A program made the translations under genes and the position numbers. This document shows, piece by piece, positions 50,001 through 62,835 of a stretch of 64,000 nucleotides of DNA; position 1 is the first letter of the stretch, and the number at the start of each line of letters is the position of its first letter. The notes under the pieces are model-generated. The model made no database searches. It was not told where the DNA came from and saw only the letters and a list, made by a program, of their open reading frames with translations. This DNA is from Trichoplax adhaerens (taxonomy: Eukaryota > Animalia > Placozoa): the NCBI RefSeq assembly GCF_000150275.1, contig NW_002060949.1, positions 4,577,216 to 4,641,215 on the forward strand, given 5' to 3'.

Positions 50001-53000
50001 AAAAAATGCATATACTATCATTTAGAATGATTTAATTTTGACAAATTATACGACGTGCAACTAATTTGATTGGTTTTGATATATCCTGGTACTTAGATAG
50101 AATACTAAAATGAAGATTTCCGCTAATAACTTTGTATTCTAACTGCATAATCGTCGCTTTGTATCACGCCTAATTATAACTGGTATCTTTCAGCATTCAT
50201 TACCTTCAAAGCATTCTATCGCTAGATTATTCAAATATCAAATTGCTATTATTGTAACTACAATATATTTTCACAAGAAAGACCTATTACTCGTTCTAAT
50301 GCTTTGTATTCTAGTTTAAAAATGAAGAATGGTGCTTTGATAAAGAAAATTGCCTTACTGACACTGGTATTTCTTAATAACTGAGTGGATAAGTTTAAAT
50401 ATTACATAATTCAATCTCCTTATGGCGTCAGCGATCATAAATTAAAGTATAGAGAAAATACGTCTCATATTTATAGGTGTATACTGTATAGTTCAACTAT
50501 CGACTACGATAACTCACTATATCGTCTAAATTCATGGTATTCTTATACTATATCACTAAGATATAATCTCAATCTGAATGTATTGAGCAGCATAGAAAGA
50601 TGCAATAACTCATTTAATCTAATCTAAGGTTTACAGTATTCAACACCAGGCCACCATTATAGTTGACTATAAGAGTAAGTGCATTTCGTCTTAAGTTTAT
50701 ATAATACGGAATGCTTTAATCGTTTGAAAGGACATAGTCGAGATTGATACTGTAATTCATACCTATTGATGACATGATAAGATATGGTGGTAGTATTACT
50801 GCTCTTTCTCATCAATATACGCGTATAATAGCATTTCAATTTATCGGAATAGTAACTTATAAAGGATGCTTTAATGGAAGTTTACAATATAACTATTGTT
50901 ATCTACAATCGACTATGAAATAGTATGGCGTCTAAAGATTTTCCTAGTTTCCAATTAGCTATTATAGTAAAGTTCATAATTTATCATATCGCCTATTATC
51001 AATTTATTAACAATTTGATGAGATGACGACAATTTTTTTCCTTTAATTATATATTTTATAAATTTTGATGTTATTCTATTTTATTAAGAATGTAGACTAA
51101 TTGAGATAAAATAGTTATAAGCCAGCGTCATTGAATTTTTGATTGATTAATGTAGCTTAATTTAAGTAATTTAGCTAGATATGAGCAAATGGTAGATGAT
51201 TCTTTACTAGGGCCTCATCAACAATAACATCAATTATATTATAAACGCTAGTCTAAATGGCACTAGAAGAACATGGAAAGAACTCTGTTTAATCAGGCTA
51301 ATTTTAATGAACCTGTGAAATATTGAAATTTTTATGGAAAAGGATTGATCATTATTTCAATAAGACGAAGAATAGGTTGATACTGTCATGAAAATCGCTA
51401 AGTTGATATCGTACCGTAGTTGACTTAGCTATACAGTATACCCAGTATGGGGCCCTATATACTATACAATTATAATCATTTATGCACATTTAGAACTAGA
51501 TAAATATTCTATTTCTATTACGATACAATGCGATATCGAAGTTTGTAAGATAAATTTATTGCTGGTGAAGGAAAAACTTTGTAGTATTACCTTGAAGCTA
51601 TAATTATCATGAACTATTATTTATAGTCGTCATAAGTGATAGCATTAGCTACGACAGCTCTGAAGAAAGAGTTCATTTTCATTCTCAAGGAATAATAATC
51701 ATCTTGCTAAAGATTGGCAATTTTACTATACGCATATTATTATTTTACTGTATTGCTTTTTTTTCTATCATCAATTTCTTTGACTTGAATAGAAATTAGA
51801 ATTTATTTTTATCAAATCGTTAAATCATGTTTGAATGATAATATGTTGTTATTCTTTTTTTTATTGAAGTTACATCTTTTAAGGAGGTCAAATAGACACA
51901 AAAGAGCGGTATTTTAATGAACTATCAATCTACAGGCGAGCCTATTATTCAGTAATTTTTATTTGATTATTCTGTCCAATTGATTTATCACTGTAGGCTG
52001 ATGTTTTTATTCCATATTTAATTTAGCATCATCGGATAGATTTATCTATATACAATGTTAATTAAATAGAGAACAATATATCAGTAGGAAGAAGAATAGA
52101 TGAGAGATCTTTTCTTCGTCAATTGTATAGAATTGAATAAAGTAAGAACGTATAAGACGTTAGTTGTTCCCTCAAACCATTTGACAGTATTCAAGCTACT
52201 ATTGTTCATCAATTTTACTATGGATTACTATTGAATGTTTTCCTGTTATCATGTATTTTTTCCTTCCTTGCTCTCTTTTTCTCTATCGCCTTTGCCGTTA
52301 TTAATTTAATTTTTTTTTTAATGTCCCTGCTAAGACAGCTTAAGCACTTTTTCTATCGATATTGTCTGCCTTTTAGCGTTGAACTATGCTAGCGCTGTTA
52401 TCAGAATATGTATTGGCTTGATAATTTTTATTTTTAAAAGCTATCAAAGAGAATAAAGAGGATTATTGCTGAAATTTTTAAGATCCTTGCATTCCCCACC
52501 CCCTCCTATCTGATATTTCTTGTTGTTAAAATCAGTCTATCGTCGATGATGTAGATAGTATCACTGAAAATAGGCTTGCTTTGTTATCTTTATGACTTGT
52601 CAGTTTAACGAGGTTTATTTTTGTATGATTAATTAGTTGACCATGAGACATTGCAATATCATCATTTTAAGCTATCACAATTGCATATTATAATTTATTC
52701 AGGACATCAAACACACATCGAATTATTAATTAGGCTATGATAGAAGGTAAATTGGTATTACACTCGACAAGACTTTGCTTTTCTAGGTAGTTTAATGAAG
52801 AAGATCTTGATTTTTGATCTGTGCTATCTCTCCACAACTATAATCTATCCTCATAATTTATTTTCGACACAAGTTGCATTGTCTGCTATGCCTGCAAACT
52901 TGACATGTTTTGCAGTTTACGGCATCTTCTTGATTCTTATCCTTGTCCTACCTTTTTTTCCTCCCCCTATAATACGTATACTGTACCGTACTGTATGTGT

Positions 53001-53148
53001 AGCGTATATTGTTCTGTGAATAAACAATGATTAGCTTACGTAGAGCATTATATTGATGATTCGAGATAGAGTAGGATAGAGAGATTTTAGAGGAGGGAGT
53101 TTCTCCTACCAGCAGCATCCATGCAATTTTGGCTGAGTTGAGGCCATT

Positions 53149-53179
53149 TTGTCGAGGATTGGAAACCAATCCTCGACAA
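53149..53179. repeat. Perfect inverted repeat, 14-bp stem / 3-nt loop
   Basis: ttgtcgaggattgg-aaa-ccaatcctcgacaa. Confidence 0.9.
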
Positions 53180-53350
53180 GCCGCCATCCTCCATACTGCG
53201 ACATGCGATAGTAATAATAATAATTAATAAATAAATATACAACGAATAGGGCTACTGTTTCGGTACGTTTAGTCCAATCCAGTCTAGTAAAGGCAAGTTC
53301 CTGTCGTAGGTCCAGTTGTTGTCGATACAGTGGTACGTACCATGGAGAAC

Positions 53351-53492
53351 TGACGCATCGTCGTGTTCACCGTCATAGGTTGTACGTTTTACCGTACATC
53401 AGCGCAGTCTTGACGTCAGTCGTTCCACGTCAGTGATTCGATATGTCGTACAGTACAGTACGACAAGACAGTAGTACAGTACAGTATACTGT
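53351..53492. promoter_or_regulatory. Putative promoter of the downstream + strand gene: CRE/ATF-like sites plus TACAG array
   Basis: TGACGCAT (53351), TGACGTCA (53411-53418), CCACGTCA (~53425) and cgtacagtacagtacg...agtacagtacagtatactgt in a locally GC-richer island. Confidence 0.45.
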
Positions 53493-56400
53493 AATCATGA
53501 GACAAAAGCGCTCAAGTCTGGCGGTCATTTCTGAATGTACAGGACTGTACCGCGAAACCATATACAGTAATAGCGCACATTACCGCAGTATCATTCGTAG
53601 TAAGTCCAAATCTTTGGCGAACCGAAGACATCGAGCAAAGACAGAGAGTTACCTTGCCATTTTTTCCTATTTTTAAGACTTTTGTTGAACTCTTCTTAAC
53701 TTTTCTGACTTGATCTATTTTCCTACTCATTATTTTCAATTTGCTCGGCCATTTATTTGGGTAAATTTAGACTTGATCATCTTGGCCGTAATCAATGTCA
53801 ACTCAGTGTAAATACATGGATCATACGCATTCATAGCGCTGATACGATCGATTCTATGGATATAGTTAGCAATGACTGATATTTTTGAACTGCAAGAAAG
53901 TTAAAGAAAAATACATTGATTGGTAATTACATTTGAACAAGCAGGAAATACCTCGATAGAATCCTCTTGTTTTGCAGAAAATTGAAAAAGGAAAGTCTTT
54001 ACTCATAAAAATTGGCAGTAAAAATTGGAGTTGAAAGAAAAGGATATCTTGCTAGTGATACTATTGATACTACTGTGCTATCCACTCCTTCACTGTGATA
54101 AAAGAAGCCTCTTTCAATAGGTATGTCAAATAATAAAAACGAATATGTATTACTATAAGAATACAATAATGATAGGAAAAAACAGCAAGAGGAAAATTCA
54201 CTGAATGACATCTCGCAATCCAATTTCTCTCAACCTTGACATATTGATGTACATTAGCGCAAAATGGCTCTATGACATGACTTTCTCTATCGAAATTGAA
54301 TTGAATTCTCACTGCAAGAGTACCCTAAATTGAGTCAAAAAATAATTCTTGAACTGGTTTTACAGTTAAAGAAAAATAATAATAATAATAATCATAACAA
54401 AGCCAGTTAGTACAGTATATTTACAGCTTGTTATATTCATCATGTTGATAAAGAATAGCGTTATTATCGGCCATAGACTTTGTAGACCAGCTAATGACAG
54501 AGACATAAGATAAAATGATTGACTTGTACTCCACTGTATACTGTACAGTACACTATACGTTCATATAGTGTACGTCGTATACTATACATTTTTACCAACG
54601 TGAGATAACGAAAATAATTTCCACAAATTTATATCGTATAAAGCTATCATTGACAGGGTGATCATTATGTGATCTGAATTAGACCAGTAGGAACTTCTCA
54701 ATAAAAACTTACCAGCATAAAAAAGTGGTAAAATTGCTATTTGCCAATCAGAGTAAGATAGAAGAGTTTGAGAATAACACAAGACAACCTTTCAAAAATT
54801 TTTTTTTCCAGTAGTGCGCTATTAACGGCAATCATATCCCAACATTGCTATCATTGCAATCGTCTACAGCGGAGTTTTATAATAATATAAACAGCATTCG
54901 AAAATTAATAAAATAGTGTGCATAAATATAAAAATACTAGTTGGGAATTTGATGTTTCGCAATTGCAAGGTGTCACTTTTATATATAATATATAATTTCG
55001 TATAATCAAACCCTCTTTCATACTTCCTTCCTCTTTGCCATCCAAAAAGTCATTCATCAACATAATTAAAATTAAAATTCATGGTGTATATTAGAGTATA
55101 TAAGTGGAAAGAATCCTGATTTAAATTACTTTATCCGTGGTGAAACTAGTAATTGCTTTTGAAATATGCGATTTACAGTTAGTTAAGTTAGAGCCCATCC
55201 CATCTTTAAAAATATATAAGACCGCTGAACACCGGTTAGGCATACTGTCGATGATACTAGTCATAGTACTGTACGCTAACATCAGGTGAGTACACGCTAT
55301 ACGATATCATCATTTTGTACTGTCATTCTAACTCTTTTCTCCACTGGAAATCTTAATCCTTCTTCTTTTCACGCGTGCGATTTTTTTTATCTAATATTGT
55401 AACATAGCTACTAGACTACAATTTAGAATCCTAATACCCCTTAGAAGCTTGCAAAATCTTGCTCTACATAATTTATCTATTACAATTAAAAACAAAATTT
55501 CTTTCTTTCTATCTCGAGATGATTTCATGCCGTACTCTAATATTAACGTTCTGTGACGCGATATGCCACTCAATTACGTGTTAGACAGTCAATTTGTTAA
55601 TTACCATAATAATTTAAATTTTAGTTTTTCCGATCGATGCATAGTTGAGTAGTGACTATGAAAATCTTGGAAACCGTAAAAAAAGTTGTCATTTTTACTC
55701 CTAGCCATGATTGATATGAAGTATTTCATTTCTCATTATCTTTTTAACCATATAAATTACTGAATTTTTTAACTTAGCTTTGTATCCTCGACTCCAAGTC
55801 GATATCTTTTTATTGGTAGTGTTTACATGTACTAAGCAATGAATACGTATCTCTAACTCTGTAAAGTACAGTGTACTGTAGTTATCAAGATACGACAACA
55901 CACATTTTTCTATATCCTAGATATTTTTAGGTAATGATACTACAACAATCCACTACTTTTTATACTCAATATTCTTCTATTCGGTAATATTGAGATTTTA
56001 ATATACAGTACAGTACAATACCATTACTGCACTGTGAGTACTTGTGTAGTTGATCAGTTATGATCGTTATATCCTACAGTAGCCTTGAGGATAATTACAT
56101 ACGCGTATTATGAACGTGGACTTAAAGATAGAAATTGTTCATTTCTTCTCAGATCTTTCTTCAATAAATCTGGCATTGCGCTAAGGTTGTCGTGTGTACG
56201 TTGTCTTTTTAGTTATACTGTACTGTACTGTATACTGCTCGTTTTACAGCAACAACTTTATAGCTACCCATCGATTAAAGATAATGTACTGTACAGTATA
56301 AGACTGATTTACTGTGACTATATATTATATATTGTATTATTTCTAATTCGATTAATATGTTAGATTACGTTATTTTTGGTCATATGGTTTTGATATTTCC

Positions 56401-58361
56401 TTCCCCTTTGTCAAGTCAAGTATAGGCGTCTTTTCGTAACCGATGTACTAGCCCAGACCTCCAAAGTACACCGGGTATACTGACTGTACTGTATGCGAAC
56501 TGCATTCAAATTAATTAGTCTTTGACTTTGACTGTCTAACATATCATAAAAAACAAGGAATTTTTAATACTTGGGATATATTTGAACACTTGGCATATAC
56601 TGCATTTTATGTTATTGAACTATGAGTTGATTTTATAATTTTTTTTTATCGTCCGTACAAGTGTGCAAGTACTGCAAACTATTTGTATCCTACAGTACAT
56701 GGAACAGGATTATCTTTGTACTCTTTTTATTGATTAGTATATTACGGTCAATCTTGAGGGAGGGGATATATTTACTTGAGAGGCACCTGATCCTGGCATA
56801 GTATAATTGGTACTGCCTAGAATTCCAAATATACGCGATTAAGAGACTCTAGCAATTGCTTCATAACGCTAAATCAATCAATCAATTGCAGTTATTATTG
56901 TATTTTTTTATTTAGGTTTATTTTAATAGATAGATTTGATAGTCTATGATGCAGACTGGATTAGCAAAATTTCTAAATTTATTGATGAATCTTGCATCAC
57001 AACTATATTTGCTTATCCTTGGTATTGGTGTTCTAAAATTTCTTATTTTTAGTAAGAGCTGGCTTTAAATTAATAAATTACTATCCTTCTGATGATCATG
57101 AGGCAATAAAATCACAAATTTAGTAGTCTACTTTTTTTTCTGATACAGTTAGTAGATAGTAATATTGGTGACTGATAATGCTACTGAAAGGAATATGCGT
57201 TTACAGTATTCTTGAATTTCACTAACTGAAATTGCCGTTCTTCTTTGCTGAATTTAGAGTTATTGAATTGAATTAAAGAATGAATTATAGTTCTTCACTT
57301 ATTTATATCAAGTTTGGATAGCATAAACGTTACTTACTCGCGGCAGAAGAACGCAAAAATTCAGAAAAGGTAAATGGCGTTGAATAATATCAAGTTGACC
57401 TCAATACTTGCGTACGGGTGTATTACTACGAGTATTAATCGGCTATTCGATAACGGCGACAACAAGAATGGGAGCATTCTTGTTACTTATCATGAATCTA
57501 CTATTGAGTTAATATGTAGGAATATTAATTGAAACTTAACTTCACTCTTGACATCTTGCTTGTAATGATACTAGTTCGCATTACTATTGAGATTGAGATT
57601 GAATTCAGTAGACTAACTTATGATTGTCACATTATATCAATACGCTATGCTAACGATTGGATGCAATTAAAGGCTTTCTTTCCCTTATATACAATTTACT
57701 ATAACTACTCTTTTAACTTAATATCATAATAGCGTAGTTATGTTTATTCTACCTTTATTTTTATACCTACTGTACGTTTCTAGAGTGTATTAGCTAAACT
57801 GTTGAAGTTTCCTCCAACGTAATAGTTCTATTCCAAATCATATTCGTAATATCAGTTTGATTTAATTTTATAATCATGCTATCTGTAAACATACACTAAC
57901 CTTTAATTATAACTAATCTACCTTACTATTAGTATAAAAAAGTAATCTTTTTATCTAATGATATCCAGGTAAAGCTAACAATTTTCATTTCTTAAATTTA
58001 GTTTATTACTCGTTAGGCAATTGGAGGAAGTTTGGCTTTTATTAACAGCAACATTAATATACGTATATATATTTACTAGCCCAACAGGAGATTCGTAGCG
58101 GAGTAGTATCAGATTAACTAAATTGAAAATATTTCTATCAATAGCGACTTACAAGTATCAAGGTAAGAGGTTAAAAAATCGAAATAAAGCATAGCTTATA
58201 TTTTTCAAAGTTTTACTTTAATCGATGAGATGGATTTATAGAGAATAGGCTGTTGTAAAAAAATTGTATATTTTGAAATTTAACTTTTGACCATCTCAAT
58301 AATTAAATTCATAACAAAGATTGTAGATCTAAACTAAAGTGTAAAGATCGAAAAATTAATC

Positions 58362-61300
58362 ATGGGAAGTGGATCATCGACTTGCGCAAGTGATAAATCG
58401 GTTGAGATAAAATTAAAAATGAAAGGCAGCAGCTCCATACCAATTCGTAGACCGTCTGCCATCTTAAATGCAGAAATTAATACAAAGCATTTAACTATTA
58501 ACCCTACCACGGCTTATCGATTAGCAGTAGCAGCTCAAGGCGGTACTGTGAGCACTACCAATACTGGCAATAACTTACCTAAAAAGAATAAAAATCGGAT
58601 AGTACGTAATCAAAAGTATCAAAAACCTCATTTTGAAATCTTTAAAGCTAGCAATGGTGAAGAATACACTATTTTTGTGAGAACTGACAGTCATAGATTC
58701 TATATCAATTGCATTACTCAGGTAAGGAGATAATAAAAAAATTACGTGCAATAGCTATCTAAATGAAAGACGAATATTGTCTTAATTTACGATATTAAAT
58801 ATTATTTTGTCTATGACGATGCCTGATATCGTAAAATCATACTTATTGCTTTCAGCTGATTACATTTTTCACACAATCCAGTGCAGTAGAACTTCTCATC
58901 ATATATAAGTAGTGGCTTTTCTTATACACAATACTTGTACATTGATATCATACAAGATAGTACTGTCCACAAACATGCGATTTTGTTTTTTATGCGCATA
59001 TTTTATCAATATAATGTAATGCACCTTTATTGCTGTATTTATTTGTTATATTATATTCATTTACTGTTTAATTGTATTGATTGTTAGATAATTGCTTTAC
59101 TGCTAAGCTTCCATATTTTTATCTCTTAAATATCAAAAATGGACCGAAGGTTTTATCTGCATACTATAACATTAGAAGAACATAGTTAACTATTAATCAA
59201 CAACTCCACAAGTTACAATTATCCGTATCGAAACAATTACGCTAGCATCTTTGATTAGCGGCAATTTTTTTGAATTCATCGTATTTTTCTATCCTATACT
59301 CACATATCTAACTTCCTACATAAGAAGCTATGATCAATTTCTATAATTAAATATACCGTATATCGCTTTTCGCTCTCCTTATAATCCTTTATAATACAGT
59401 CTACCAGCTATCTCTTTTGATAATTTACAGGTACCAGCTGTATTAGAATAACAAATAAGGATTAAGTTACCTTGTTTAGTCTACTATTATTTTCTGTACT
59501 CTTCATAAATCCTACTCCGAATGCCTAGTATTTTCAAAGATTAAGGATTACGGTTTCCAAAGTAGTATCTTAAGTTTTATTGATAAATGATCTCCATGAC
59601 TGCATATAGGTCTTTATTGAAAAGTCTTTTCATCTGTTGTCAAATACTGATAACATGACAAATTTAATAATACAATTTTTCTTTATTGACTTTTAAAAGA
59701 ATACTCCGCATCATTATCAATCTACATTATAAAGGAACATTTTTTTACGCTTTAAAGTAAATTAATGTCCAAGACTGCATTTGCCAATAATTTAATTGCT
59801 GATTAGATAGCTAATTGGAGTTAAAATAAGATAGGCTTTAGAAGGGACATTGGCTCATACATCGATTCATACATTTACGTATCTCATGTAGCTATCAGGC
59901 TGTAATGCAAGAGAATACTTTTGTACGCTTGAAATTAAGTCGATATCAAAAGATTGCACAGACTATTAATTTAACTACTAACTAGAGAGCCGACAGGAAT
60001 TAAATAAGATCCGTAAATTAACTTTAGAACGGATATTGACTAATTAATACTCCTGAAGTACAACAATATAATAATACAGGATGTACAACGTAGTCTTGTT
60101 AATGTTTGTTTTCATCTCTTTAAACTGCTATGAAATAATTCTATATGTAAAAATTTTAGTCAAAAGGGAATTGAAACGTATTCTTAGTTTAATTTATGCA
60201 GTTCATTATCTAAGCTTATTTAATGATATTAGAGGCTTCTAGTATACGCGTATGGATATGACACGTATCTACAAGAACAAAAAAATTATAATATACAGTA
60301 CGTGTTCTTCGTACACTAGGCTTGATGAGTTTGTAGCCTTTGTAAAAGGTATTTATTTAATCATGCATCTGTAAAGAAAAATAAAAAAGTTATTGTTTTA
60401 TATTGGATTGATAATAATTTAATTAGATCATGATGATTGATAAAAACGGATTGATTTTGAGATTTCTCTTCTCGAAAGTATTGATGGCAATGATGTAATT
60501 AAGAAATTAGATAATGATATGAATATAATATGATTGGAGTTGAGACTGTGCGAGAAGTTAGCTCTGTTGCAGCTAAAGACAAATTTTATTAAGTATGATA
60601 AAAATGATCACTTTCCTTATGCTTTTAGGTACAAAATACACGCGTGTATATGTATGTACATACATGTACTGTTTGTACGCCTATTACAAGGGTACATTGA
60701 TGATTGCTAACAAAAAAGTAAATTAGTTTATTAATTTAAGGAGATTTTATTTTATCCACTGTGTAGAGTATTTTAATACTCTGGGTTCTAGTAATTCGAA
60801 TGCAAAATGCTTAAATACCATTTTCCTCGCTTGTATTCCATTTGTTCAGCTTAGATTTTGCGTTACGTTTAATGATCTCTATAATTCATTACGAAAATTT
60901 TTAATTTGCAATCTTTGCACGATATTTATGAAATTAATGAGCCTATCGCACGAATTAGTCATTTCTTGAACTGTTATGGAGTGAGTAGATTAATTTATCT
61001 GATCCAACGTGGTATAATTTGTAGTGAAAATTTCTGTCTAGGTTGGTACGATACACTCAATTTTTGGTTAAGGTGTTATTTATCTAGAAAAGATGCCTGT
61101 TCATTTATATATTGTTATCAAGTGATTGATGAAGATAGAAAGAGACTCTTTTATTTTGCATGCTTTTATGGTTAAATAATAGATGTAAAAATTACAAGGC
61201 TAGATTTTTATTATGGGAATCATTTATTTTTGTGCCGCTTCCGGAATGAAGAAGTATGTATCTAGCATGGGTTTTATAGGGTGAATACAGACTATAGAAT

Positions 61301-61878
61301 GATTTATTATTTATTAACAGTGAGATCAAAGGTAATAACTACAAAAGTGTACTTGAAAAGATTTTAATTGGAGATGCTATTTAATTAAACGAATCGAGAC
61401 AGCCGATTTGACTTTTATTTTCGTTCAGTTTTGCACGAGATGATCTATTGTATACTTATCTTCATTACCTTCGATACGGACTGGTATAATTGGCTGACTT
61501 AAATAGCGGAGAAAGTAGTAATTAATTTATTGTTAATTACACACTACATCTATACCGATAAATGTATTTATGTAGCTACCCTTAAATCGATGAAATAATA
61601 TTCTGAAAGGTCTGCGTGAATATTATTTCAAGATTAAATCATTTCATACAATGCTAAATGTTGATATATTTTTAGTTTACCAGCTCTTTTTGATCATAAA
61701 CTAGTGTCTTGACTATTATCAGCACTGCAGATATTGCTATAAACATATAAGTTACTTGTATAGTAGTCTTTTAATGTTTATAAACCTATATTTCGTCTTT
61801 TGATAGGAATGGAAACCTATTGACTCGTCATGGTATGATCATGGGACATTTTTTGCCTGCGAGCAACATGAAGCGGAG
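58362..61878 (+). CDS. Uncharacterised protein, 5' part (exons 58362-58721, 61807-61878): N-myristoylation motif and WW-like aromatic segment; 3' end not in window
   Basis: Starts MGSGSSTC. A phase-0 junction joins EEYTIFVRTDSHRFYINCITQ|EWKPIDSSWYDHGTFF with consensus sites (cag|gtaagg, gatag|, gag|gtaaag). Candidate 5'UTR exon at 58017-58162. Confidence 0.6.
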
Positions 61879-62097
61879 GTAAAGTGACTATCATTTACGA
61901 AAAATGTAATTATGATATCATTTAATGGTAAATCAACGACTAGCATAAATATATAGTACATTATATGGCTTATTATCCTCTTCTATAAGGAATACATTGT
62001 ATAAATTTTTACTGAACCATAAAGTGGTCGCGAAATTTATTAATACCCTAGTAACTATCTTAAGTCATTAAATTGCGCCAAAATCTGATGCTACGGG

Positions 62098-62277
62098 AAA
62101 TTTTTTAGTATTGTATAACGAAACTAACTTTAAAGAATCCTTGAAATTTTGGATAATACTGTCCTAGACGTGATCTAGAAACTGTCAAATTTTTTAGTAT
62201 TGTATATCGAAACTAATTTTATAGAATCCTTGAAATTTTGGACAATACTGTCATAGACATAATCTAGAAACTGTCAA
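62098..62277. repeat. 2 x ~89 bp tandem repeat (intronic)
   Basis: aaattttttagtattgtata.cgaaactaa.ttta.agaatccttgaaattttgga.aatactgtc.tagac...atctagaaactgtc occurs twice. Confidence 0.9.
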
Positions 62278-62784
62278 TCTTCATTGTTCGTCAACTGACT
62301 GCCTGTTCTTTATGATATAGTGTAGTAGTTGCTGTAATATCTTATTTAAAAATAATTTAAATTTATGAGGTGTTGGCATATCTAGAATTTAAATATCATT
62401 AGTTATTCACTCTAGCGTTAAAAATTAGATAAAACACTCTACATTATCATTAATTACTTCTAAAATATTGAAAATAACGTAGAATACTAGTAGTGTATCA
62501 CTTGTGAGTAGCTAAGCTTTAATAATATCATGATATACGAGTACGCAGAATACTATTATTATATTAGCCATTATAATGGTATTTTCTCATTGTTGTTGCT
62601 TTAATCAACAATTGCGGCTATTCATTTTAACATGAACTCCTTTTATTTCAATGAAGCGATAATGTTATTTGTGTCGTGGAGGTTACTCTACTTTAATTTT
62701 AGATTATGAATTATAAGGCACATTTCGTAGCACGTATTGATCGGTTATTACGGTGACATGAAAATATGTGAATAACTTTGTTTG

Positions 62785-62834
62785 NNNNNNNNNNNNNNNN
62801 NNNNNNNNNNNNNNNNNNNNNNNNNNNNNNNNNN
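62785..62834. other. Assembly gap (50 N)
   Basis: Run of N. Confidence 1.
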
Positions 62835-62835
62835 C

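Noticed and set aside
44455-57729. Numerous 60-92 aa ORFs in the AT-rich interval
   Set aside because: They have I/L/Y/F/N-biased composition typical of random AT-rich DNA, many non-ATG starts and no recognisable domains.
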